From NCBI RefSeq assembly GCF_006345805.1, contig NC_043007.1:21700001-21764000 (forward strand): 64,000 nt of DNA. The letters are read 5' to 3'. This DNA is from Octopus sinensis. Its lineage: Eukaryota. Shown in pieces: positions 1 through 11,444 of the stretch. Position numbers and translations under genes: made by a program. The notes beneath the pieces were generated by a model. It saw nothing but the letters and a program-made list of their open reading frames with translations, did not search any database and had not been told where the DNA came from. Each line of letters begins with the position of its first letter. The stretch's first letter is position 1.

Positions 1-999
1 ATTTTGTTTTTAATATTATAAAGGCTTTTGTTTCACTTTTTTTATATTCAGCTGTTGAAGCCGATTCTATGGAACCGATTTCTCCAGAAAACCAACAAAG
101 GAGAGACAGGTAAGCTTTTTCCAATATCATTATATGCAAATAGTTTTCATGTGGTTAGATTTTTTTCACTCACTGCATTTCCAACATCCCCATCACTGCA
201 CCTTCCTTCACACATCATCATCATCATCATCTAGTACCTTCCTTCACACTCACACAAATATACTTACCCATCCATACCACATCTCTTTTATTCACCTCCC
301 TGTAACTTAAGGGTACATACTCACACATGTTCTTTCCCATGTGCAATAGCCATATATCTCCCTACAGCAAGACACCTGTTCTGGTCCCTCTGTCATATTT
401 TAACCTCTCATCACCTGTCATAAAGTCACCTTCCTCAATATCACTCCCCTCTCAGTCAAGGAGCCTTCTCTTGTGAGTTACTTGGGAACCTCACTAATGT
501 CGGTGCCATGTAAAACCACTGTGAAGTGGTTGGCATTAGGAACGGCATCAAGCTATAGAAACTGTGCCAAAGTGAACATTGGTGCTTGGCACACTCCTCT
601 GGCTCACTAGCCCATCAAACCATCGAATCCATTCCAGCATGGAAAAAGGGACATTAAATAATGGGGATGACAACAATGACCCTTGTTATTATTATTATCA
701 TTATTATTATTATCATTATCATTATTATTATTATTATGATGATGATGATGAAGAAGATAGGAAACTAGCTGAATCATTAGCATATTGGACAAAATTGCTG
801 GACATTTCGTCTATTCTGAGCCTTTTTACATTCTGAGTTCAAAATCTGCTGAGGTCAACTTTTTAGCACTGGGGGTCAATGTAATTGACTTAACTACTCC
901 TGGGTAAGAGTATAAATAAACTGCACCACCCCTCTGCCAAGCCATGTCGAGTCAGTGTAGCAGAGTAGACTCATCAAACCAGTATGATTTCAAGTTCAA

Positions 1000-1098
1000 A
1001 TTCATCAGACTGGATGGAAGAGCGAACATGCTGAGGCCTTCGTCCTGCAGTGGACTGAGCATAGGCAGTCCAGTCCAATCCAATCCAGTCCAGTCCAG
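1000..1098 (+). mobile_element. 3' end of an RTE-like LINE
   Basis: Translates as ...GWKSEHAEAFVLQWT, then a (CCAGT/CCAAT)n tail; W...EAFVxQW is a typical RTE-clade C-terminus. Confidence 0.5.
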
Positions 1099-1666
1099 AG
1101 AAAAAAACTGCAGTGATAGGAATAAGTCCTGGGCTCACAAAGAACAAGTCCTGGGGCTTTGTGTGGTTATGAAGCTCATTTTTCAACCTCATGATTTCTG
1201 GTTCAGTCCTACTGTACAGCACCTTGGGCAAGTATCTTCTATTATTGCCCTAGACTGACCAATATGCTGTGAGTGAATTTTGTAGACAGAAACTGTGTGG
1301 AAGCCTGTCAAATATATATGTATATATATATATACGTTGATCGTTGTCAGTGCCGCCTGACTAGTGCCCCGTGCCAGTGGCACGTAAAAACCACCATCCA
1401 AATGTGGTCGATGCCAGTGATGGGAAACAAAGACACATGCACACAGTTATGTATATATGGCAGGCTTCTTTCAGTTTCCATCTACCAAATCCACTCACTA
1501 GACTTTGGTTGGCCCAATGTTATAGTAGAAGACACTTGCCCAAGGTACCACACAGTGGGACTGAACCTGGAGCCATGTGGTTCAGAAGCAAGTTTCTTAT
1601 CACACAGATATGCCAGCGCCAATGATGGTGATATATAGTATATATATACATATATATATATATTAT

Positions 1667-1702
<36 letters not shown>

Positions 1703-1715
1703 CGTATTTATTGTA

Positions 1716-1894
1716 TACAGATATTTATTTGTATATTACATGTTTTATATATCATATATTAGCGCTTTCGTCCATTCTAGTGGAGTTTTCAAATCGAACT
1801 CAATTTGAAAGTTCAATTTGAAAACTCCACTAGAATGGACGAAAGCGCTATTTATGATGTATAAAAACATGTAATATACAAATAAATATCTGTA
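1716..1894. repeat. Long near-perfect palindrome next to a (TA)n tract
   Basis: tacagatatttatttgtatattacatg...tagcgctttcgtccattctagtggagttttcaaat is inverted as atttgaaaactccactagaatggacgaaagcgcta...catgtaatatacaaataaatatctgta. Confidence 0.9.
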
Positions 1895-2580
1895 AATATA
1901 AAACCATCAGAATTTCTGAGTACCTCATTTCTTCTAATATAAAATACCTGTACATCACCTCCAAACCTTCTAATATATATATATATATATTTATGTGTGT
2001 GTGAATAAGTTATTTCTTTATTATGATTATAAAAATTGATTACACAGAAGGACAAATACAGGACATACATACAAAAAACATTTAAGAGATTCGTTTAAAA
2101 ATTTTCATTTACATTTGGGTTATTCATTATAACATAAATGTCCTTTACATGACCAGTAGAACAAACAACAGTACATGAACTTATAATCTCACTGGAGTTT
2201 TTACACCCCGGCAATTTATGAGGCCCTGCAGCTTTTATTTCCTCTCTCTCCTCCATGGTCAAGCTGGGTTTCTGACACCCACCTTTTTTTCCACTTCTGA
2301 ATAAGTGTACATATGTAGTATGAGGCATTTTGAGAAATGACGTCATAATGACGCAGAAGCAACCTGCGACAGTTTTCAATAAAACTAAAAACTAATTAGA
2401 GCAGAAAACATTTTTATTAGATATGTTCGGATGTGAGACAAGGGAGGTAACTTACTAATTTTCTGTGACGTTTACTTCCCTTTATGGTATTTTACTGATC
2501 TACATATCGATCTATCTTTATAATACAGTTAGATATACCACTGTCCTTGCTGGTTTAAGAGCTCGACATACATTTCATTA

Positions 2581-2616
<36 letters not shown>

Positions 2617-2741
2617 GTATATGTTGTTACCTTTCATAAAAAGCCTTTTCTTTTTTTTATTTACAATGTGCATTTTCATTGATTTTTCATATTTTCCCCC
2701 CTATATATATATACACACATATAATAACTTGTAAATAATAA

Positions 2742-2978
2742 TAATGGTATTTTTATACAAGCTTAAAGCTAATGGCGATCACCATGCAATGACCAAGGAA
2801 AAATAGTCTAATAAAGGGGCATATAAGCCCTCAACAGAAAAAAGAAGGCTTTCCTATCCACAGATAGAAAAGCTGCCTTTTTTCTGTCGAGGTCTTATAT
2901 GCCCCGTTATTAGACTATTTTCCTTAGTCATTGCACTGTGATCGCCATTAGCTTTAAGCTTGTATAAAAATACCATTA
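2742..2978. repeat. Long palindrome
   Basis: taatggtatttttatacaagcttaaagctaatggcgatcac... is inverted as ...gtgatcgccattagctttaagcttgtataaaaataccatta; arms about 105 nt. Confidence 0.9.
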
Positions 2979-3038
2979 ACACCGAAAGCTTACATATATT
3001 CAAAATTCAAATAAGTTATCATTATCTTTAAAAATATA

Positions 3039-3456
3039 GGCGCAGGAGTGGCTGTGTGGTAAGTAGCTTGCTTACCAACCACATGGTTCCGGGTTCAGTC
3101 CCACTGCGTGGCATCTTGGGCAGGTGTCTTCTGCTATAGCCCCAGGCCAACCAATGCCTTGTGAGTGGATTTGGTAGACGGAAACTGAAAGAAGCCTGTC
3201 GTATATATGTATATATATATGTCCAACCCATGCTAGCATGGAAAACGGACGCTAAACGATGATGATGATGATATATGTATGTGTGTGTTTGTTCCCCTAG
3301 CATTGCTTGACAACCGATGCTGGTGTGTTTACGTCCCCGTCACTTAGCGGTTCGGCAAAAAGAGACCGATAGAATAAGTACTGGGCTTACAAACTTTGCT
3401 CGACTAAAGGTGGTGCTCCAGCATGGCCGCAGTCAAATGACTGAAACAAGTGAAAG
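3039..3456 (+). mobile_element. tRNA-head SINE family A, full length, with a nested RTE-tail insertion (3221-3270)
   Basis: Head ggcgcaggagtggctgtgtggtaag..ggttccgggttcagtccc (A/B-box-like), central (TA/TG)n, tail gcatggccgcagtcaaatgactgaaacaag. Confidence 0.85.
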
Positions 3457-3636
3457 TATAGTGATAAAGTGGCCAGCAAACATAATGCAAAATATACCCT
3501 GACTTTTAAATATATATGTATATGAAAATTTTTATTAGCTATCCCTCATTGGAAACAAGGGATGAGATATTCCACATGATTCAGCTTTGAATAAATGTTG
3601 TTATGATTTTTTAATAAATTTATTTTTATCTTTCAG

Positions 3637-5035
3637 CGATGAAAGCTATAGAGTTATGGTGGGCAGGACTGAAGCTGGCATTTTTGAGAGTCAACCAGTT
3701 GTTCTAGATGGAGTTGTCCGTTACCATGATTCTGTTGGTGAGGTTAAGCTTCCAGAAGAAGGTACTGCTAGAAATTTGGCTCAGAAGTTCAAGGAATACG
3801 AAAGTGAAAGTCTGAAACCAGTTATTTCCAGTACTACACCAGTTTCAATTAGGTGTGAACAAGATAAGACTGAATTTATCTCAGAACCGAAAACCCATAT
3901 TGAAACTTACGAAGGCAAACCTGATTTAGGAATCTTTGAAAGTCAACCTTCAGCTCTCCCTGAAGACATTACACCTGGGTTTGTGAAACCTGATGAGAAG
4001 TTGCCAGAAAGGGGCACAGCACAAAATCTGTTGGACAAATTTAAAGATATTCAAAAATCTTCAAGCGAAGTAGTGGTCAGTGGTCAACCAGATTTAACTC
4101 CTGATCTGTCTTCCAAAACTGAATTTGTCTCAGAACCACGCAGTACGTTTCAACCATATTGTGGTACAACTGAAAGTGGTATCTTCGAAAGCAAACCCGT
4201 CTATGATCCAAATGTTATCCGTCCTGAAGAAGTGGACACCGAAGACATCTTGCCAGACGAAGGTACAACTAAGAATCTGCTTGCTAAGTTTTCAAAATTA
4301 CGAGAAGACAAACCTTTTGTTTCGAAACCACCCATCGACGTTATTACTGCAAAAGAAGCTGGTCCAACCATTGCTGAAAGTCAGCCAGTTGTCCTCAGTG
4401 ATGTTTTCAAAGAAACCGATGTTGCAGAGGAGAAACTGCCTGAAAGTGGCCAAACAAGAAGTCTTTTAGCAAAGTTTCGAGAAATTGAAAGTGGAGCTGG
4501 ATCCCAGTCCCCCTCTCCTCGAAGTCGCAAGGAGTTTACTCCGCCACGTGAGGATCCTCGTGGGTTTAACACAGAAGCTGCTGTGAGTGGTGTCTATGAA
4601 AACACTCCGAAAAAGGGTTTAGAATATGAACCCACAAAAATAGAAGGAGGAATCTTTGAGAATCAACCTGTCAACCGGCAAGATGTGATAAAGGAAGCTG
4701 ACACAGGTGGGGAAGCTCTTCCGGAAAAGGGAACAGCACGCAGTCTTCTGTCGAAATTTAGCAAAATCGAAAACAATGCGCCCAACGCAACTTCACCAAG
4801 ATCTTTAAAAGAATTTACTCCTCCCAGAGATGACCTTCCAGTTAAATCTACAGCTGTAACTAGCAAAGCAACTTCAGAGAACGAACCTCAATATCGGTCT
4901 GATATCTCCAGGGAAGCTGATACTGATTGGAGTGAGGGTTTACCATCGAAGGGGACAGCAAAGAGCGTTGTTGATAAATTCCGTAACATCCAAGAAGAAG
5001 CCAAAAAAGATTTGGCCAAAGGAATGCCCAAAAAG
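3637..5035 (+). CDS. LIMA1: Large internal coding exon with six degenerate GIFESQP...LPExGTAxxLLxKF repeats (probable actin-binding region)
   Basis: Acceptor tttttatctttcag|C at 3636/3637, donor AAG|GTAGGA at 5035/5036. Lies within the 490-aa ORF 3587-5059, whose first 16 and last 7 codons are intronic. Balanced codon usage in an AT-rich context. Confidence 0.9.
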
Positions 5036-5608
5036 GTAGGACAATTAATTGGTTTGTAATCTTTTTAGGCGTGTTCTGTTTGTTACAATGCATAACATAT
5101 ATATGAATCCGTTTGTCTGTCCTTGTTTGTCCCTTCTGTGTTTAGCCCCTTGTGGGTAGTAAAGAAATATATATGAATGTGTGTGTGCGCATGTATGTGT
5201 GTATACATGTAATAGTGTATATTTATTTGTATATTTAAATATATATTAATATTTTAGGAATATTCTTGAATGTATTATGTAATGCATATCAAAGAACTGG
5301 ATTCTGCAATTTGAATTGTAAAACTTTCTTTTTATTGTTGTTATTATTATTATTATTTTTAGCAAAATGGAAAGTGTTGTAATTTTCCAAAAAATGTTTC
5401 TTTTGTTTCAAAGAAACTTTGTTAAAAATATTTATATTCTGATGTTTCTGGATACACATGTACGTACACACACGTTTCTTCATTAGCGTGATTTGAAAGT
5501 CCTGATTCAGCTACAGGTGATCATCCATATAACAATCTTCTGTTAAGCATTTTAAATTATCCTAAATATCCACCAACTGATATCAGAAAGCTCTATCATA
5601 AACATCTC

Positions 5609-5664
<56 letters not shown>

Positions 5665-5915
5665 TTTACGAAAAAAACGAAAGACGAAGACAGGTGGTGC
5701 ACAAAACAAACAGATGTATTAGTATAACGCTCAGGAATAGAAAAAGTCTTTTACATTTCGAGCCTACGCTCTTCTACAGAAAGGAACACAGAAAAAAACA
5801 AGGAGAGAAAAAAAATGTGTGTTGTGGCTAATGGTGAGGCAACAAAAGAAAGAAAGAGACCTCGATATTATGTAAAATCTGTAAATCTAATATCTGACAA
5901 TTATTCAGTAGCCAT

Positions 5916-5976
5916 GATAAAACTCCGAGTTTCAGATGCCGAGGTGGAAATCCACGCCACTATCTCTTCAGTTATC
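5916..5976 (-). ncRNA. Type I hammerhead ribozyme motif, family 1 (left arm of palindrome)
   Basis: Minus strand: gataa-CUGAAGA-G[stem II]U-GAAA-CUCGGAG-UU^-uuauc; stem I gataa/ttatc is perfect. Confidence 0.65.
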
Positions 5977-6157
5977 CGGTAATCGGGAAAATACTATGAA
6001 AAATGACCGCTATACAAAGGGAAATTACTGTGTGATTTGACCGTCATTAAGACAAAAGAGGTATGACTGCTAGGTCCTTTTGTCTTAATAACAGTCAATC
6101 ACACAGTAATTTCCCTTTGTATAACAGTCATTTTTCATAACATTTTTCGGATGGCCG

Positions 6158-6218
6158 GATATCTGAAGAGATAGCGGCGTGGATTTCCACCTCGGCATCC
6201 GAAACTCAGAGTTTTATC
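6158..6218 (+). ncRNA. Type I hammerhead ribozyme motif, family 1 (right arm of palindrome)
   Basis: gatat-CTGAAGA(6163-6169)-G...C-GAAA(6201-6204)-CTCAGAG-TT^-ttatc; predicted cleavage after 6213. Confidence 0.65.
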
Positions 6219-6904
6219 ATGGCTACTGAATAATTGTCACATATTACATTTACAGATATATACATATATTTACCGGGAACTTTAATAAAAGAATGATATG
6301 GAAATCGTGTATAGAAATCGTGTAAATGGCGGTGCACCAGCATGGCCACAGCTCATTAGCTGAAACTGGAAAAATCAAAATCAAAATCAATCATTCCTTC
6401 CACTCTTTTTTTATTAAAATTTCTCAGCACAGAGAAATAAAGTTAGGAGCGATTCTCTCCCCTTAAATTGCATATACGCACACACTCACTCTCTCTTTCT
6501 CTCTTTCCCATTAAGTAAGCAGTTCGCCCTGAGCCATCCACGTTTGTGGGTGTGTGATTGATTTATTAAATATTGTCTATTCTAGTTGTGTTGTTTTCCT
6601 CAAGTTATATAGTAGCCGATAAGCGAAATCAGAGTTAGGGCAAAACTTGTATTTAATTATGTCCCTTTAATTCAAATCAAAATTAATGACCTTGTGCTAA
6701 TATTAGAAATTATTCATTACACAGGCAATAAATTAATTCCACTTGATAATGTAAGCATTCGTAGTGTAAAATAGGAAGGCGCTTACGTGGAATTTATCAT
6801 CTAAATATAATGAGGTTTGATTTAGCTTAATTTATAACCCATGTTGCTTTGAACATTTTCGTTATGTATTTAAGGAGTTATCGCCCTTTAGTTAGCCGTT
6901 TTAC

Positions 6905-7249
6905 ATCTCTTTATATATAAAGCTGAAGTTGTCTGTGTATGGCAGGTTTGGAAGCCTTCAACTAACACTATCTCCTCCGAGACCCTGCGGCGCAAGTTGA
7001 TCAAAATTGAGAGTATGATAGAAGAAGGCTTGCTTTTCCTTCCGTAGAAGAAAAAATTCAAATCGGACCATGTTAACACCAAAAATTATTTGCATCAAAA
7101 AGGTGTCGAAATTTTTCGGTGTATTTCAACCAGAAAAATGTTCACTTAAAGAGAATATCAAGCTACATAATGCAAAATTTTTACTTTTCAAAAATTCCAA
7201 TTCTAAAGGGTCGAGTCAAACCCTAGCAACGCTGGGCAATACTGCTAGT
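6905..7249 (-). mobile_element. Helentron-associated (HINE-like) non-autonomous element, family H1
   Basis: Reverse copy of the 43539 and 49824 elements (ACTAGCAGTAT.GCCC.GC start; ...acagacaacttcagcttatatata.agagat end). Confidence 0.65.
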
Positions 7250-7741
7250 ATTAAATAAATATATCATTGAATCGCTTCTTCAATATCGTTCATGGAGTCT
7301 TAAGTCACAAGTTTCAGATTTTTAAATTTAAAAACTACTAAACTTATGTAAATAGAGCTTTTCAACTCAAACGTTTACTGGATAATAAAATTTCATTTAT
7401 AAATCGAGCAGAAGCAGTTTATAGAGCACGAATGGGCATTGTATTGGCTATTTATATTTAGTGCTGACTGTACTTTCTCTACAAGTACCCAAGTGCTACT
7501 CCGTGGCTAATGCCGAGATACGTATATGCCAAAGCTGACACTAGAGCTTGGCACAGCCCTGAAGCTTACCAGACTGTGTGTAGTGTATGTATGTATATAT
7601 ATATACATATATTATATTAAATTAGAGACAAAACCACTATTAGGCAAATCATACAATGAAAAACTTAAGCCAATACATAAGATTATTTAATTTATATTAT
7701 TTAAATATATAACAAAATTATTAAAAAAATATAATTAATAT

Positions 7742-7809
7742 AACACTACGATCGTTTCATGGCTGTTAATTTCTTTAAATTTTCGAGTTACAGTCATTCA
7801 TCAGGTGTT
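7742..7809 (-). ncRNA. Type I hammerhead ribozyme motif, family 2
   Basis: Minus strand: aacac-CUGAUGA-augacugu..acagccau-GAAA-C-gauc-GUA^-guguu; 5-bp stem I, stem II 7/8 paired, palindromic ACGATCGT stem III. Confidence 0.75.
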
Positions 7810-8747
7810 TTATATATTTATCTTGGCGAGGTTTAAATATAGAGAGAGAGATGTTATATACATAATATATATGTTGGGTCATCCCATAAATAATGCTGTT
7901 TTTTATATATTTCTCTTATTTTTCAAAATTAAGATAAACTTTCTCTCACTCTTTCTTCTGTTGGCCTTCTCACTTAGCCAGCGGGGTGGTGTCATTTGAA
8001 GGCTAAAACAATGCAAAGCGCATTGTGACCAGCGGTGTGTAGCAACATCTGATAGCCTAGTGATATATCTATATATATATATATATATATATAACCCTTT
8101 GCAAAGAATTCTTTATACAGTCACAATATTTGATGAAAAATTATTCTTAAATTAAAAATTATTGATTTTTACAAAAGAAACTTTTCAAAAAACATGGCAC
8201 AAACCTTTTGGAACACACATACCTGTGTGTGTATGTGTGTACAATGAAACATCATCTTATTTTTGCTTTTTTTCTTGTAATTCCTGTCATCAGCTAATTT
8301 TAATGTTATTTTTATTTAATGATCAACAATCTTGCATTCTCTAGATTTTTTTTTTTTCTTCAGATTATCACTCTTCCAGAATTGAACAAGATTATCTTAA
8401 TCTTTAATACTATCATTTTCCCTATTGCTTACATTTCACCCCCACTCAAATGCTCCCTCTACATACGGGTTTGCACATTACTGACATCAAGTTGTCTTGT
8501 CTATATTTTATTCAGTGTCCTCAATCTCGAACCAGTGAAACCGTCCTGTAGTAACACCTTAATTTAACAATTTAATTTAACACCCTCTGAGTGGTTGGCG
8601 TTAGGAAGGGCATCCAGCTGTAGAAACTCTGCCAGATCAAGACTGGAGCCTGGTGCAGCCATCTGGCTCGCCAGCCCTCAGTCAAAATCATCTAACCCAT
8701 GCTAGCATGGAAAGCGGACGTTAAACGATGATGATGATTTCATCTAA

Positions 8748-8966
8748 TGGCGGTGAGCTGGCAGAATCATTAGCAAGCCGGGCGAAATGTTTAGCGATAT
8801 TTCGTCTGTCTTTACGTTCTGAGTTCAAATTCCGCCGAGGTCGACTTTGCCTTTCATCCTTACAGGGTCGATAAAATAAGTACCAGTTGCGTACTGGGGT
8901 CGATCAAATCGACTGGCCCCCTTCCCCCAAAATTTCAGGCCTTGTGCCTAGAGTAAAAAAGAATTT
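8748..8966 (+). mobile_element. tRNA-head SINE family B (ATT-tailed variant) with 11-bp TSD
   Basis: Head ggcggtgagctggcagaatc..gttctgagttcaaattcc; body gcctttcatcc..ggtcgataaaataagtaccag; TSD atttcatctaa at 8737-8747 and 8967-8977. Confidence 0.85.
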
Positions 8967-9214
8967 ATTTCATCTAAGTAGCTTTTTTTTTTAACAGACC
9001 TTAGTAATAAAAAGCCCAAACATACAACTTACAGTGCAACGATGCCCTGTACACGGTTGAAACTTAGGTGCACTGCTATAAACTTGCTCTCAGATATCGA
9101 GACTGACATGGTCATACACGCAGTATGATTACACATCTCTGTTAATCAAATGTAAGAAAACCTTGTTTAGCGTGGTTACTCCACATTACTCCGTAAGGAG
9201 CACGGGGCTGGTTT

Positions 9215-9405
9215 CTCTAGCGTATATATTCCTTCTTGGACAGGATCTTGGTCTGTTGTAGGATGACTCATTTTTGCCAGCTGAGTGGACTGGAGCAACG
9301 TGAAATGAAGTGTTTTGCTCAAGAACACAACGCGTCGCCCAGTCCAGGAATCGAAACCACAATCTTACAATCATGAGTCCAACACCCTAACCACTAAGCC
9401 ATACA
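9215..9405 (-). mobile_element. tRNA-head SINE with a CORE-like central domain
   Basis: Minus strand tggcttagtggttagggtg..ggtttcgattcctgg..cttgagcaaaacacttcatttcacgttgctccagtccactcagctg; degenerate relatives at about 47390-47590 and 52545-52650. Confidence 0.6.
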
Positions 9406-9626
9406 CATACAGGAACGTAATGCTGCAGGGGTTTTGAGATCTTAGGGACCCTTTTATTTCTTTGTTTTGTCTTGTTGGCAGTTGTTAAAACAATGAATTA
9501 GATCCAAAAGGAATATTTAATTATATATGGGATAAACTTGTACCTTTTTTGATGGTTACAAACTAATACTACTTATATATATGAAGGAAAGAAAGAGAGA
9601 GAGAGAGAGATTTGGTATGAAACTCC

Positions 9627-10474
9627 CTCAGTTAACGTGATTCACTCAGTTAACATATCTCGATTAACACAATTCACTCAGTTAACATAATTCACTCAGT
9701 TAACATATCTCGGTTAACACAATTCACTCAGTTAACGTGATTCACTCAGTTAACATATCTCGGTTAACACAATTCACTCAGTTAACATATCTCAGTTAAC
9801 ACAATTCACTCAGTTAACATATCTCGGTTAACACAATTCACTCAGTTAACATATCTCGATTAACACAATTCACTCAGTTAACATATCTCGGTTAACACAA
9901 TTCACTCAGTTAACATATCTCGGTTAACATAATTCACTCAGTTAACATATCTCGGTTAACACAATTCACTCAGTTAACATATCTCGGTTAACACAATTCA
10001 CTCAGTTAACATATATCGGTTAACACAATTCACTCGGTTAACATAATTCACTCAGTTAACATATCTCGGTTAACACAATTCACTCAGTTAACATATCTCG
10101 GTTAACACAATTCACTCAGTTAACATATCTCGGTTAACACAATTCACTCAGTTAACATATCTCGATTAACACGATTCACTCGGTTAACATGATTCACTCA
10201 GTTAACATATCTCGGTTAACATAATTCACTCAGTTAACATATCTCGGTTAACATAATTCACTCAGTTAACATATCTCGGTTAACACAATTCACTCAGTTA
10301 ACATAATATCGATTAACACGATTCACTCGGTTAACATATCTCAGTTAACACAATTCACTCAGTTAACATATCTCGGTTAACACGATTCACTCGGTTAACA
10401 TAATTCACTCAGTTAACATATCTCAGTTAACACAATTCACTCAGTTAACATATCTCCCTCAGTTAACATATCTC
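9627..10474. repeat. 32-bp higher-order minisatellite (TTCACTCAGTTAACATATCTCGGTTAACACAA)n, about 26 units
   Basis: Direct reading: core CTC(A/G)GTTAAC alternates with spacers ATAT and ACAATTCA. Confidence 0.95.
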
Positions 10475-11154
10475 TTTACATTTGAGTTCTGCATTCATAT
10501 TGCTGCAGATATTGTGATGTATTCTGGAAGTGTGTACTTATAACATTTACTTTTAAGCATTTCATTTTTTTTTTTCTCAAAGATATTTATTTTTCAGCCT
10601 GAGTATAAGTTTTGATTAGTTCAAGCTAATGAGCAATTAAGAGTTATGAACAAAAGATCACATGCAGCTAAACCAAACTCAGTAATAATCGTAATAAAAT
10701 TATCTGTTTGAAATTTTGCATGTATTTTAGGGCATAAATTTTCGACTATCATTTGCCAAAAGACGAAAGGTGGGTTTGTTTGTTGTTTAACTGCCTCCCT
10801 CGTATTTATTCAAATATCCCAATTTTTTTATTTTACAGGGATTTTCCTGCTTTAATCATTTCCCTATTTTCTCAAGACCTCTTTTTTTCCCCAAATTTAT
10901 TTCTTAAAGATATCACACTTAACCCTTTTTCACTTTCCCATTTCAATGACAAATATTCGCAAATGTTTTGTCTTTTAACTAACCTGAAATATTAAGGGCT
11001 TAAGTTAAATGCAAAAATACAAAAACAATAATAATAATAATCCAGTCCCCGTAGCATAAAAATGCCTTTGCTTCTTGCATTTCAATGCCATCTCAGTAGT
11101 CTGATAGCAAAAAACTGTACTTTGAATTTATATATATATATATATATATAATAA

Positions 11155-11410
11155 TAAATATTAGGGAATAAATCCAAATTTACAGGGAAAAAATCAGATT
11201 TAGGATTAAATCCAATTTTATAGTAAAATATTATATAATATTAATTCGAGACAAAACCACTATTTTGCAAAACAAACAAGGAAAGACTTAATCAATACAT
11301 AAAAATTTTAATATAAAATAAATAAACCGCCACTACAATCGTTTCATGTCTTCAAATGACATTCGTCAGGTGGATTTCCGATCTTCTAATCAGTTTTAAT
11401 TTATGAAGTC

Positions 11411-11444
<34 letters not shown>

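Larger units (their letters stand above)
5877..6257. repeat. Long palindrome carrying two hammerhead motifs (Penelope-like element remnant)
   Basis: Arms of about 180 nt around a short spacer near 6060-6076. A partial copy lies at 28645-28830. Confidence 0.88.

Noticed and set aside
2338-2353. CRE palindrome TGACGTCA plus a half site
   Set aside because: A single 8-mer is expected by chance in 64 kb; no supporting promoter context.
2095-2379. Minus-strand 94-aa ORF, and an alternative frame KKRWVSETQL resembling the gene's [10 protein letters not shown]
   Set aside because: No LIM residues, no splice sites and wrong strand; the similarity is short and likely chance. Possibly an unidentified repeat fragment.
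2800-2930. Hammerhead-like CTAATAA-stem-GACA in the 2742-2978 palindrome
   Set aside because: Three or more core positions deviate in both arms and no stem I or III can be drawn.
3039-3120. tRNA genes at SINE heads (families A, B, D)
   Set aside because: A/B-box-like motifs run directly into SINE bodies in many diverged copies; no complete cloverleaf.
9627-10474. Regular short repeats resembling a CRISPR array
   Set aside because: There are no unique spacers; the whole array is a tandem minisatellite in a eukaryotic intron.
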